Shown: positions 17,527 through 27,185, counted from the first letter of the stretch. The stretch: DNA of 49,213 bases from an uncultured Candidatus Melainabacteria bacterium (GCA_937891325.1 CALAFU010000170.1:1-49213), one strand, 5' to 3'. Notes: generated by a model from the letters alone, not told the origin. Numbers and translations: made by a program.

Positions 17527-17796
17527 ATGAAAAAAGAATTTGGTTTTTTGCCTGATTGGGCAAGAGATTGCACGATTGAAAAAGGGTCTGGCAAATGGTG
17601 GGTTTTTACAGACAAAGACGGTGTACAGACACTGGTTTCCTATTTTACACCTATTATGCGTAGGTACGAAGATGGAACAATGGTTCGTTTTGTTGAGAGC
17701 TGTTCAATGACAACTTTTCAACACATTCGTAAGTGGTCTGGCTTGAGAGCTGATGATTTCAGAGCCTTGCCGTTAACTTCTATCGAAAACGGGTGA
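17527..17796 (+). CDS. hypothetical protein (89 aa)
   Basis: AAGGAG RBS. Confidence 0.65.
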   Translation: MKKEFGFLPDWARDCTIEKGSGKWWVFTDKDGVQTLVSYFTPIMRRYEDGTMVRFVESCSMTTFQHIRKWSGLRADDFRALPLTSIENG

Positions 17797-17800
17797 ACAA

Positions 17801-17989
17801 ATGCCGAACGTAAGTAAAGTAAAAGAAATAACCCGTAAAGCATTAGAAATGATGCATACGGAGTTATCTGATGATGACATTGAAAGATGTGTAGATTATG
17901 CATGGACATTACACGATTTGGGGATGTCAGAACAGGAAGCAGCTATCACAGCTTGCAAGGAATTTATCTTGATTGAAAGGAGCTTTTGA
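17801..17989 (+). CDS. hypothetical protein (62 aa)
   Basis: ORF tightly packed between its neighbours. Confidence 0.55.
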   Translation: MPNVSKVKEITRKALEMMHTELSDDDIERCVDYAWTLHDLGMSEQEAAITACKEFILIERSF

Positions 17990-17990
17990 A

Positions 17991-18485
17991 ATGCAATTGT
18001 CACCTTTATCAGAGTCAACAAGAAAAGCAGTTGAAAATGAAATTGAGGCGGTGAAGGATATCATCGCCCTTTTTCCGCAAGTCAAAGAAGTTGTCAAGAA
18101 ATATGACGGTAAAACATTGGACACACGCACAGTCCATAAGATACAAAAAGAATTGTTGAAGGTCGATAGGCATCTTGATTTCAGCTTTTTGTATGCTCAT
18201 ATCAAAATTGAACATTTCGACAATTACAATGAAATCAACACGACCCATTGCATCTATTCAAAGTATCTGACAAAGTCAGAAGTCAACTTTCAATATGATG
18301 AAGAATGCTTTAATTATGCCGAACAGTATCTTAAAAGCTATATCGAAAAATTCAACAACTATATGTTGAATGAAAAAATGTTGTTGGAATCATTGCAACA
18401 AGTCAGCGAAACATACAACGCCTTAACAAAAGAGATACCTACTGTATGCCAAAGATTGGTTGGCGTCAGAGTGGCTTCATTATAA
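17991..18485 (+). CDS. hypothetical protein (164 aa)
   Basis: Start moved to ATG 17991 behind AAAGGAG. Confidence 0.65.
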   Translation: MQLSPLSESTRKAVENEIEAVKDIIALFPQVKEVVKKYDGKTLDTRTVHKIQKELLKVDRHLDFSFLYAHIKIEHFDNYNEINTTHCIYSKYLTKSEVNFQYDEECFNYAEQYLKSYIEKFNNYMLNEKMLLESLQQVSETYNALTKEIPTVCQRLVGVRVASL

Positions 18486-18498
18486 AAGGAGATTGACA

Positions 18499-18945
18499 AT
18501 GCTTAAAGAATGTGATAAAAAAGACGCGACATTGGCATACATCATCAAGACAATGAGTGAGTATGACGGTTTGATCTTGCACGGGAAACCGACGAATGTG
18601 AACATCATAAAAGGTAATGTTGGTTATCAGCTGACAATCAAAAAGAAAGTACCGATTACTAAAAGCTTGATTGATGCATTGGAAAAAACTGGCGATGTGG
18701 CTACAGTCAGTTTAGAATCATTGCAAAAGACGGTAGATATGTTTAAAGCTAAATCAGAAGCTTTACAGAAAGATGTCAAATTATTGCTTGATATTCTTGA
18801 CAGATACCGTACAGCCGTTGACAGTTTCGCAGCAGAGAATTGTGAAAACATGAATGATGTGGAAGAATTTGAAGAGTTCTACAACATTAAAGTCAGCGGC
18901 AAACTGAAAAACGAAATTCAAGCAATTGAAGATTTACGGAGGTAA
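18499..18945 (+). CDS. hypothetical protein (148 aa)
   Basis: Start moved to ATG 18499 behind AAAGGAG. Confidence 0.65.
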   Translation: MLKECDKKDATLAYIIKTMSEYDGLILHGKPTNVNIIKGNVGYQLTIKKKVPITKSLIDALEKTGDVATVSLESLQKTVDMFKAKSEALQKDVKLLLDILDRYRTAVDSFAAENCENMNDVEEFEEFYNIKVSGKLKNEIQAIEDLRR

Positions 18946-18949
18946 AGAC

Positions 18950-20071
18950 ATGAGCAACAACCAAAACATGCATAAGGCAAAAGCAGCGAAAGACGATGAA
19001 TTTTATACGCAATTGTCTGATATCGAAAAGGAGTTGGTCAAATACAAGGAACAGTTTAAAGGCAAAACTGTTTTGTGTAATTGTGATGATCCCTTTGAAA
19101 GCAACTTCTTTAAATTCTTCGCCTTGCAGTTTAAAGAGTTGGAGTTGAAAGAGTTAATCACAACAAGCTATCGTGACAGCGCAATCAAAAAGCAAAACAT
19201 CAATATGTTTGACAGCGGTGCCTATAAAGTCAGGATTGTTGGAGAAAGTAACAATGAAAAGGATGTTCCTAATTTTCTGAAAAGGGAACATTACAATTTA
19301 AAGGACGTAATGAGGTGGTTGGAAGAACAAAAGAAAAGTTTTCCAAATGGAAATCTAAACGTATTTTCCCCTTTAGAAACAGGCGACTTTGCCAGTGAAG
19401 AATGTGTGAAGTTGTTGGACGAAGCAGACATTGTCGTAACAAATCCGCCATTTTCCAAATTCCGCGAGTTTGTTGCATTGCTGATGGAACATAAGAAACA
19501 GTTTCTGATTATCGGGAACAAAAATGCCATTGCATATAAAGAGGTTTTCCCGTTGATTAAGGAAAACAAGTTGTGGTTAGGGTATAATTCGCCAAAAGAA
19601 TTTGTGCAACCCAATGGGACAACCAAAAAGTTTGGCAACATTTGTTGGTTCACAAACTTGCCTATTGAGAAGCGTGAAGAGTATTTGGATTTGTTTGAGG
19701 AGTACAACCTTGACAAATACCCGATGTATGACAACTATCTTGCCATCAATGTTGACCGTGTTGCAGATATTCCTTGCAATGAATGGTTTGAAATGACGGT
19801 TAATGAAGACCTTTACAACAAACTTAAAGCGACGTATGGTGATGATTGTGTGCTGATTGATAGTGATGATGTTAAGAAACAATATCACATTAAGGTTCGC
19901 AACATTGTCATGGGTGTTCCTATTACGTTCCTTGACAAGTATTGCCCGAAACAGTTTGAGATTGTTGGTCTTGACAGATACGTCGAAGATAACCCTAATT
20001 TTGGGCATCGGTTTCATTTGAACAAGAAAGAAGTTTATGCACGCATTTTAATAAAACGTGTAATAAAATAA
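18950..20071 (+). CDS. N6-adenine DNA methyltransferase, EcoRI-methylase-like family
   Basis: N-terminal KDDEFYTQ...KGKTVLCNCDDPFESNFFKFF and catalytic VVTNPPFSKF (motif IV NPPF). Start moved to ATG 18950 behind GGAGG. Confidence 0.85.
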   Translation: MSNNQNMHKAKAAKDDEFYTQLSDIEKELVKYKEQFKGKTVLCNCDDPFESNFFKFFALQFKELELKELITTSYRDSAIKKQNINMFDSGAYKVRIVGESNNEKDVPNFLKREHYNLKDVMRWLEEQKKSFPNGNLNVFSPLETGDFASEECVKLLDEADIVVTNPPFSKFREFVALLMEHKKQFLIIGNKNAIAYKEVFPLIKENKLWLGYNSPKEFVQPNGTTKKFGNICWFTNLPIEKREEYLDLFEEYNLDKYPMYDNYLAINVDRVADIPCNEWFEMTVNEDLYNKLKATYGDDCVLIDSDDVKKQYHIKVRNIVMGVPITFLDKYCPKQFEIVGLDRYVEDNPNFGHRFHLNKKEVYARILIKRVIK

Positions 20072-20084
20072 ACCTTAACAGATA

Positions 20085-20120
20085 GAAGCGATATCATTCA
20101 TTTGGTATCGCTTTTATTTT
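20085..20120 (+). terminator. rho-independent terminator
   Basis: AAGCGATA (20086-20093) pairs with TATCGCTT (20107-20114), followed by TTATTTT. Confidence 0.7.
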
Positions 20121-20168
20121 ATCAAACATCCAACCAGTTGTCAACATCTAAATGAAAGGGAGAAAGAG

Positions 20169-21335
20169 ATGACGATGAAGATTACGAAAACCGAGATTGC
20201 GATTCGGGATTTGGTGAAGGATTATAAAGAAGATAAGAAGACAGGTAAAATTACAGGGTATGGAGGGAAGCTGAATATCCGTCCGAAATTTCAGAGGGAG
20301 TTTGTTTATAAGGACAAACAACAGGAGGCTGTTTTGGAAACAGTAAAGAAAGGCTTTCCGCTGAATACTATTTATTGGTCAAAGTCAAATGAAGACAGTT
20401 TTGATTGGGAGGTTCTTGATGGGCAGCAGCGAACAATTTCAATCTGTCGTTTCTGCACGAATCAGTTTTCGATGGAATTTCAGAAAGGTGTTCCTGTTTT
20501 CTTTATGAACATGCCAGAAGAAGATAAGAACAAGATTTTGGATTACAAGCTTGACGTGTATCAATGTGATGGTACAGATATAGAGAAGCTGGAATGGTTC
20601 AAAGTCATTAACATTGCAGGAGAAAAACTTTACCCGCAGGAGTTAAGGAACGCTGTTTATTCAGGAGAATGGTTGACAAAAGCGAAGGAGTTGTTTTCCA
20701 AACAGAATGGTTGGGTGTATCGTAAATACAAAGACCTTTTGTCAGGGCAGGTCATTCGGCAGGATTACCTTGAAACGGCATTGAGTTGGATTGGTGCGAA
20801 GGAAGGCAAGAGTATTGAGGAATACATGGCAGCGCATCAGTTTGATGAAGTGAACAAGGAAGGAACGCCTGAAGGATTTCCATTATTCAAATATGTGAAA
20901 GATGTGTTTGATTGGGTAGATAAGACTTTCCCGACGGCACGGTCGTATTTGAAAGAAGCGAAGAAAGTGGAATGGGGTTTGTTGTACAATCGTTTTGGAA
21001 CAGAATCGCCTGACATTGAAGAAATCAATGATGAGGTCAAGAAACTGATGATGGATAGTGATGTCGAGAAGAAGTCAGGGATTTGGGAATATGTGTTGTC
21101 AAATGATGAAAGTGTATTGAACATTCGCACGTTTGATGACAATACAAAACGAGAAGTGTATGAACGTCAGCATCATAAATGTCCGTATTGTGTACAGGAA
21201 GGGAATGACAAGGAATATAAAATTGAAGAGATGGAAGCAGACCATATAACGCCGTGGTCGCAGGGTGGAAAGACGACAACAGAAAATTGTCAGATGTTGT
21301 GTAAGAAACACAATCGAAAGAAGAGCGACAAGTAA
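20169..21335 (+). CDS. DUF262 (ParB-like/GmrSD N-terminal type) protein fused to a C-terminal HNH nuclease
   Basis: KFQREFVY...LDGQQRT (DUF262 signature). C-terminal HHKCPYC...ADHITPWSQGGKTTTENCQMLCKKHNRKKS (HNH). GGGAG RBS. Confidence 0.85.
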   Translation: MTMKITKTEIAIRDLVKDYKEDKKTGKITGYGGKLNIRPKFQREFVYKDKQQEAVLETVKKGFPLNTIYWSKSNEDSFDWEVLDGQQRTISICRFCTNQFSMEFQKGVPVFFMNMPEEDKNKILDYKLDVYQCDGTDIEKLEWFKVINIAGEKLYPQELRNAVYSGEWLTKAKELFSKQNGWVYRKYKDLLSGQVIRQDYLETALSWIGAKEGKSIEEYMAAHQFDEVNKEGTPEGFPLFKYVKDVFDWVDKTFPTARSYLKEAKKVEWGLLYNRFGTESPDIEEINDEVKKLMMDSDVEKKSGIWEYVLSNDESVLNIRTFDDNTKREVYERQHHKCPYCVQEGNDKEYKIEEMEADHITPWSQGGKTTTENCQMLCKKHNRKKSDK

Positions 21336-21345
21336 AGAAAAAGAT

Positions 21346-21382
21346 ATAGGCGGGTGATAGAGATATTGCTCGTCTATTTTTT
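21346..21382 (+). terminator. probable rho-independent terminator
   Basis: ATAGGCG (21346-21352) pairs with CGTCTAT (21371-21377, one G-U), followed by a T6 run. Confidence 0.5.
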
Positions 21383-21415
21383 ACTATAACATGAAAAAGA
21401 AAAGGAGTCAAGGAA

Positions 21416-21682
21416 ATGATAAAAGTAGGAGATATTCTCAAAGAGAAGGAAGATAGTGAACGATTAAGCATTATCACGAAGATTAAGAACGATGATAGTT
21501 TGATAGAAGTTCACATGATAGCTGAAGATGGAGAAGTTCGTATAATCACATATCTTGATGAAGACACCATGCAAGAAAGTATTGGCAGCAAGATTGTATC
21601 AGAAAACCAAAATGATACAGATTGGTTGTCGCGTATTGTTAATGTGTTCACAAAAGGTGAGCGAACATTGCAATCCATATAA
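21416..21682 (+). CDS. hypothetical protein (88 aa), weak tail
   Basis: AAGGAG-like RBS; ends FTKGERTLQSI-stop. Confidence 0.6.
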   Translation: MIKVGDILKEKEDSERLSIITKIKNDDSLIEVHMIAEDGEVRIITYLDEDTMQESIGSKIVSENQNDTDWLSRIVNVFTKGERTLQSI

Positions 21683-21703
21683 CGAAAAAGAGGAGTAAAG
21701 AAA

Positions 21704-22396
21704 ATGGGGCAGCGTTTAATTGTAGAGTTTCGGTATGATGGCGAAACGATATTCGGATTGTACCAGCATTGGTCGGCATATACGCAATCCGCATTTGAAA
21801 CATTATATTCCTTGATACAGTGTGATAATGATTTAGGAACGGGTGGACATTGGAAGAAGCCGACCAGTTATAAAGAAGCAGTGTTGCAAGCAATGGAGAT
21901 GGCTAGCAACATTCAAGGGGTTGTATGGGACAATTATAATCCCGCAATGAAAGATAAAGATGACGAATCGTTTGGTTGGTCGTATGTTAGAAAAACATTT
22001 ACGGGAGATGACGACCAATCAAAAGCAATCAGAGCGTTATCAGAGAAATTTTCAAACGTAGGCGACCGTTCAACAGGGTTGGTTATGATTGGAAAAGAGG
22101 CTGAAAATTGTCTTGATTTAGGTGAATATAGTATTGCTATTAACCTTGACGATCAAGATATTCAGTTTGATGTTTTTAACTTTTTTGAGGGTCTTGCGGA
22201 ATATGTTGATTGCTACGGTGGAGAAGCAGACAAGCCTTCAAATTTAGTGTTGCCCCAAAATGTTTATCTTGACAATTTTAAATATGATGATATAGATTGT
22301 ATATCACCAGTTATTGACAAGATGGCAGAAGGGTATCAGTTTTATGTGCCAAGTATAGGTTATGATAAAGATGTGATATTTGGCGCAATCGCTTAA
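21704..22396 (+). CDS. hypothetical protein (230 aa)
   Basis: GAGGAG RBS; long ORF. Confidence 0.7.
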   Translation: MGQRLIVEFRYDGETIFGLYQHWSAYTQSAFETLYSLIQCDNDLGTGGHWKKPTSYKEAVLQAMEMASNIQGVVWDNYNPAMKDKDDESFGWSYVRKTFTGDDDQSKAIRALSEKFSNVGDRSTGLVMIGKEAENCLDLGEYSIAINLDDQDIQFDVFNFFEGLAEYVDCYGGEADKPSNLVLPQNVYLDNFKYDDIDCISPVIDKMAEGYQFYVPSIGYDKDVIFGAIA

Positions 22397-22419
22397 CAAA
22401 CTAAATGGGAGTAAAAGCT

Positions 22420-24708
22420 ATGGAAGTAAAAACGTCTGATGTGAGAATGGAAAGCAATGAACAGTTGCAGGGAAAATCGTTCACGATTGCAACTAATGCG
22501 AAAGCTTTTGAAATCTTGACAAGCACGTTGTACAGTAATGTTCCGTCGTCGATTGTTCGTGAACTGATTTCCAATGGTTATGATGGACATGTCCGTGCTG
22601 GCAATGTGTTGAAAGAAATTGATGTGCATTGTCCGACTGTGTTTGAACCGACATTTGAAGTACGGGATTACGGTTGTTCTATGGACGAAGAAACAATGAT
22701 GAATGTATATACGACATTCTTTTCGTCAACAAAGAATGGTGGCAATTCCGAAGTAGGTGGTTTTGGTTTAGGTTGTAAATTGCCGTTTGCATATACGGAT
22801 ATGTTCACAATTACAACGTATCTGAATGGTAAACGTCAAGACTATATCGCCAGTAAAGAAAATGGTGTCCCGACATTAAACAAAATGGGAGATGCTGAAG
22901 ATACTGACGAACCCAACGGCGTTAAAGTGTGTGTTCCTGTGCAGGAAGATGACATGGAGAGTTTTGAAGATGCAGTGGAATATATGATTAAGTATTCTAC
23001 TTTTCCGATTAAGTCTAATCTTGAATGTCAACCCGCAAAGGAATATGACTGTGCAGGAATTTTTAGCTATCATAATTATGGCAATGCAGGTAAAAAGGAA
23101 AAAAAGCAGATCATTCGTGTAGGAGGTGTACCGTACAGACTGAACTGTAAAGAAATGGCGGCTGGGTTCAACATGTGGGATAATGTAAAGTATTATAAAG
23201 CGCAACAGTCGTATGATAGTAATCGACTGTTGTTGCATAAAGCTTTATGTGAAGTTGAACGTTATAACTCGTTTGATTTGCCGATTGAAAAACTTTTCGA
23301 CTATAACGGTTGTTTGGATTTTGAAATTGGCGAATTAGACATCACGGCATCAAGAGAGTCTTTGCAGTATTCTGTCAAGACAAAAATGGTGTTGTTCAAA
23401 CGACTGGTTGAACTGCAGACGAAATTGTATGATTATCTGTACAAGAAGATTTCTGTATGGAATGACAACATGCAAACGTTGGACAAAGCTATCGACAAGT
23501 TCAAAGAGTTGTTGCAGTTCAATTACGGTAGTTTTGCGAGTGTTTCCAGAGCAATCCGTTTCAACTATAAGGTTGGTGGGTTTGAAAGCTATATTAACAT
23601 CGACAGTTATGATCCGTCATTGTTATGCTACAGTGAGGAAATCGTCCAAAAGAATAGTTTGTTGGACGGGTTGGAAACGCCGAGGTGTCATACGTTAAAT
23701 GCTGATACGAAACGTATTCAACATTCAATCAAAATGGCAACAATTTCTTTGACTAAAACGAGTGTTAAGCAAGACATCTACATTACCAATGCACCGTTGA
23801 AGTATAGCGGAATCAATGTGGACGAAAAGAAGATTGAAGAATTTGGCAGGTATAACGCCAATGAAGCAATCATTACGGTTGCACAACGTTCCGATGTACA
23901 GAAACAAGGTGAATTGTTGCAGAAACGTCTTGATGCGATTGCACCTAATATCTACAATGTTATAGTTGTGGATAAAAAGAATTGTGCAATCCCGAAAGCA
24001 ACTCGACAAATCAGAAGAGTAAAAGATAGCAAAGAAGAAGTGGTTGACGAAAAACCGATGACGATTGCCGCTAAACAATTGATTGCAAGTATGCAACCGA
24101 TTGTGGACTATTTTGGCAAGATTTATCTGTTCAAAGGAAACGGAGAAAATTATGCAAGAATTAAGAGTGCATTGTCAGCTCTTGATTTGGCTAAAGACTT
24201 CTTTGGAATTCCGAGTATGCAACCGATTCTTAATTGTTTTACTGTTCACGGTACGGCAAGAAAATTGGTTGAGAAAATAGCCGATGTTCCTGTCGTGTAT
24301 TTTGAAGATGAGGATGATGCCAATGACAACATTGCAAAACATGAGTTAATCAAAAGACTGCAAAAACAGTTAACACAGCTTGACTTATTTGTTGGTCTGT
24401 CGAGAGATGTAAAAATCTTGATGAGAGGTTGCATCAAATACGGTGAAAAGTATGCTCAATGTGATACATTGAAACACATTTGCAAGGTGCAAGAGTTAGG
24501 CATTTGTTCAGTACCGTCGGTTGAGAAGTACGCTAAAGTAGATGCGAATGCAGCAGTGTTGACAGTATGCAAAAACTTTTTGTACCGTATGACTGAAGCA
24601 CAGCGAAATTTGGTAATGGCTAATATCTTTTACCAAAATTCTTTCTATTATTCAGCCCCTGAATTTAATGATTTCTTAAGAAGTTTGGGGTTGACAATAG
24701 AGGAATAA
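22420..24708 (+). CDS. rIIA: rIIA-like protein (GHKL-type ATPase fold N-terminus)
   Basis: KSFTIATNAKAFEILTSTLYSN..VRELISNGYDGH...FEVRDYGCSM...FFSSTKNGGNSEVGGFGLGCKLPFAYTDMFTITTY runs block for block parallel to T4 rIIA as I recall it. Start at ATG 22420 behind GGGAG; ATG 22405 is also possible. Confidence 0.85.
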   Translation: MEVKTSDVRMESNEQLQGKSFTIATNAKAFEILTSTLYSNVPSSIVRELISNGYDGHVRAGNVLKEIDVHCPTVFEPTFEVRDYGCSMDEETMMNVYTTFFSSTKNGGNSEVGGFGLGCKLPFAYTDMFTITTYLNGKRQDYIASKENGVPTLNKMGDAEDTDEPNGVKVCVPVQEDDMESFEDAVEYMIKYSTFPIKSNLECQPAKEYDCAGIFSYHNYGNAGKKEKKQIIRVGGVPYRLNCKEMAAGFNMWDNVKYYKAQQSYDSNRLLLHKALCEVERYNSFDLPIEKLFDYNGCLDFEIGELDITASRESLQYSVKTKMVLFKRLVELQTKLYDYLYKKISVWNDNMQTLDKAIDKFKELLQFNYGSFASVSRAIRFNYKVGGFESYINIDSYDPSLLCYSEEIVQKNSLLDGLETPRCHTLNADTKRIQHSIKMATISLTKTSVKQDIYITNAPLKYSGINVDEKKIEEFGRYNANEAIITVAQRSDVQKQGELLQKRLDAIAPNIYNVIVVDKKNCAIPKATRQIRRVKDSKEEVVDEKPMTIAAKQLIASMQPIVDYFGKIYLFKGNGENYARIKSALSALDLAKDFFGIPSMQPILNCFTVHGTARKLVEKIADVPVVYFEDEDDANDNIAKHELIKRLQKQLTQLDLFVGLSRDVKILMRGCIKYGEKYAQCDTLKHICKVQELGICSVPSVEKYAKVDANAAVLTVCKNFLYRMTEAQRNLVMANIFYQNSFYYSAPEFNDFLRSLGLTIEE

Positions 24709-24715
24709 TTTGATA

Positions 24716-24756
24716 GAAAAGGGTGAGTTGAAAGATATTCACCCTTTTCTTTTTTA
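24716..24756 (+). terminator. rho-independent terminator
   Basis: 11-bp stem GAAAAGGGTGA (24716-24726) pairs with TCACCCTTTTC (24739-24749), followed by a T6 run. Confidence 0.85.
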
Positions 24757-24785
24757 ACAACAGAATTCAATGAAAGGACACGACG

Positions 24786-25448
24786 ATGATTAAATACTTT
24801 ATAACGCCGAATGTTCTGACGATGTTCATCAATGGCAAACAAATCTTTGTTCCGAGCAGCCATCTGAATTATGGAACAATGTGTAAAGTGTTAAAGGGGG
24901 GTTGTCAAGATGAAAAGGAAATCATGGCTTTAAATGACTTAAAGAATTGCATGTTGACAGAATTTCCAGATTTTGTTGAAGTTGCTGAAGATGGAAAATT
25001 GGTCTTAAAACATTGCCATGAAGTCAATATGGAAAAGTTCACAAAAGAAGCTTTACAATCGCAAAGAGATGGTAAAGATACGCAAGGTTTCTTTTGTTTG
25101 TTGATGAACATGAGTGAGAATAAAACGATTGGAGTTGCAGACTTTTTACAATGGTTAAAGAGTGGCAGCTGTCGATATACCATCAATGGTACAATCTTAA
25201 GCTACGGGTTTATTGATGATGGAGGTGTCTGTTTTTTGAAAGAAGCTGCAGATAAAAACACCAATGCAATTGTTGACATTAAACCGCAACTGCTTGAGAT
25301 GTATGTTAATAAAGATAACAAATGGACGTGTGTTCACAAAATCAAAGATGGCAGCTTTACGGTAATGTGGCAAGGAGAAAATAAAAACTTGCCGAACATT
25401 GATTCCTTCAACGTGTTTAGTGGTGATGGGTTGCTGGATTGTTTCTAA
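24786..25448 (+). CDS. rIIB: probable rIIB-like protein (short, 220 aa)
   Basis: Sits directly after rIIA. LTMFINGKQIFVPSSHLNYGTMCKVL and GFFCLLMNMSENKTIGVADFLQWLKSG..TINGTILSYGF resemble the T4 rIIB central blocks as I recall them. Ends SGDGLLDCF-stop, a weak tail. Confidence 0.55.
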   Translation: MIKYFITPNVLTMFINGKQIFVPSSHLNYGTMCKVLKGGCQDEKEIMALNDLKNCMLTEFPDFVEVAEDGKLVLKHCHEVNMEKFTKEALQSQRDGKDTQGFFCLLMNMSENKTIGVADFLQWLKSGSCRYTINGTILSYGFIDDGGVCFLKEAADKNTNAIVDIKPQLLEMYVNKDNKWTCVHKIKDGSFTVMWQGENKNLPNIDSFNVFSGDGLLDCF

Positions 25449-25465
25449 AGAGGAGTGAAAATGCA

Positions 25466-25894
25466 ATGGACGAAAAGACATTAAAAGAAATCGAACAACT
25501 CGACAATACGCAAGTGCTTGACGAGCTTGAAGATTTGAGAGTCAATAACCTTTATGATGACTTGCAAGAAATGTTGTATGCAATCTTTCCGTTGTATGCA
25601 ATTGTGTACAATGAAATTGTGGAAAAGTTTCGCATCATCATTCCGTATGAAAATGATGGCATTGCTACCAATGCAAATGATGAATTGGTGTATCAGTTAG
25701 CCTTGCAAGATGATACAGGTTTTGTGCGAACGATGATGTGGAATTTAGATGACCCTGTTGACAATGCAGAGTTTGTCAGAGGTGGAAGAAAACCGTTATT
25801 GCAGATTGTAAAGAAATGCAATAATTTTCTTGAAGCTGTGAACGCGCTGGCTGAAATCCAGAAAGACGGTGATAAACTGTTAAAGGAGGTGTAG
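25466..25894 (+). CDS. hypothetical protein (142 aa), weak tail
   Basis: Start moved to ATG 25466 behind GAGGAG; ends QKDGDKLLKEV-stop. Confidence 0.65.
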   Translation: MDEKTLKEIEQLDNTQVLDELEDLRVNNLYDDLQEMLYAIFPLYAIVYNEIVEKFRIIIPYENDGIATNANDELVYQLALQDDTGFVRTMMWNLDDPVDNAEFVRGGRKPLLQIVKKCNNFLEAVNALAEIQKDGDKLLKEV

Positions 25895-25902
25895 AGGTGA
25901 GA

Positions 25903-26262
25903 ATGAAAACAGGTGAGTTGCTGGAACATATCAAACGCATTTTAAAAGATGCTAATGGTGAGTCTTTTGGTGGCTATACTTTTCATCTTGATAAAATCAC
26001 CACTAAAGCAGATGAGTTAAGGAGTTTGTTTTCTGATGGTTTACAGTATGTATATGCTGTAGGCAAAAACATCAAAAACGAAGGTGGGGAAGATGAGGTT
26101 TATATAAAACAACGTGCATTGATCCGAATTGATCGAGATGTACTTGTTCGTATAGCCAAATTGACCAATAAAAATGTAAAGCTGCGAAAGATTGACGCTA
26201 AACAGCTTTACTATTATTTGGAGATGGCTGAAATAGGGGAAGCTGTCTTAAACAGTCTTTAA
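25903..26262 (+). CDS. hypothetical protein (119 aa), IG-x3-L-x2-L tail
   Basis: Start at ATG 25903 behind GGAGG; ends MAEIGEAVLNSL-stop. Confidence 0.65.
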   Translation: MKTGELLEHIKRILKDANGESFGGYTFHLDKITTKADELRSLFSDGLQYVYAVGKNIKNEGGEDEVYIKQRALIRIDRDVLVRIAKLTNKNVKLRKIDAKQLYYYLEMAEIGEAVLNSL

Positions 26263-26274
26263 GGAAGTGTACCA

Positions 26275-26658
26275 ATGACATGGAGCAGAGAAGAGATCAT
26301 TTCAAACATGCAAAGGTTGTTTGTTGATAAGACTATTGATGTCATTGGCGATAAACAACCTTTTCAAATTCAAGTTGCAAAGTCAGGTGGAAGTTTTGAT
26401 AAAAACAGCTTAAAGTCAAGTTGGAGTCGTGAGGGGAAGGATTATAAAATGTATGCTTTTTGCAGAACACCTTTTTCACACGGAAGCTTGACTTTAGTTT
26501 GTTTTGTCTTAACAAAGAAGCTCGCAAGACAGTTATCAAATTATTCAACAGGTGATTTGATAGCTACATTTTCTAAGTTTGATAACACTGTTAATCATAC
26601 AATGTATATCAGACTTGAATTGTTGTCAACAGGAAAACAGACATTAGTGGAGATATAA
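26275..26658 (+). CDS. hypothetical protein (127 aa), tail family
   Basis: Ends LLSTGKQTLVEI-stop. Confidence 0.65.
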   Translation: MTWSREEIISNMQRLFVDKTIDVIGDKQPFQIQVAKSGGSFDKNSLKSSWSREGKDYKMYAFCRTPFSHGSLTLVCFVLTKKLARQLSNYSTGDLIATFSKFDNTVNHTMYIRLELLSTGKQTLVEI

Positions 26659-26660
26659 CA

Positions 26661-26864
26661 ATGAAAAATGAAATCACAATGAAGATGTGGATTTTCATAT
26701 TGTCTATATGTGTATCATTCTTTTTGGGTTCGTTTGGTCAATACAAGAATCAATCGAAATACATAAAGATGATCGATAGCCAATTTGAAACAATGGAGAA
26801 GATGCAAGAGGTGAATAACAAGTGCGTGAAACAGGTTGCGGAGTGCGTTAACAAATTGAGGTGA
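26661..26864 (+). CDS. small membrane protein (67 aa)
   Basis: TM segment MWIFILSICVSFFLGSF. Confidence 0.55.
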   Translation: MKNEITMKMWIFILSICVSFFLGSFGQYKNQSKYIKMIDSQFETMEKMQEVNNKCVKQVAECVNKLR

Positions 26865-26867
26865 AAC

Positions 26868-27170
26868 ATGTCAAAGAAATTGATTGACATCTTTTTAATT
26901 ATATGTATAACATATATATTAAGATGGTGTTGGAACAAGTTTTCTAATACAGTGATAAACCCGAATGAAAAGGTCAAATACCCTGATGTGAAAGTTAAGA
27001 TGGTTGGGAAACGGTTAATCAAGAATGATCGAATTGTTGATTGTGCTGTAGCCATGATGCTTCAAGGGTATGACGACCAAGAAGTAAGAATGTTTATCAC
27101 AAAAGCATACAGGACAAAAACAGGTAAAGAGTTTTTGGATTGTTGTGCAAAGAGTTTTTACATTTACTAA
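26868..27170 (+). CDS. small membrane-anchored protein (100 aa)
   Basis: N-terminal TM segment LIDIFLIICITYILRWCW. Confidence 0.55.
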   Translation: MSKKLIDIFLIICITYILRWCWNKFSNTVINPNEKVKYPDVKVKMVGKRLIKNDRIVDCAVAMMLQGYDDQEVRMFITKAYRTKTGKEFLDCCAKSFYIY

Positions 27171-27185
27171 ACGAGGAGAAGAAAG

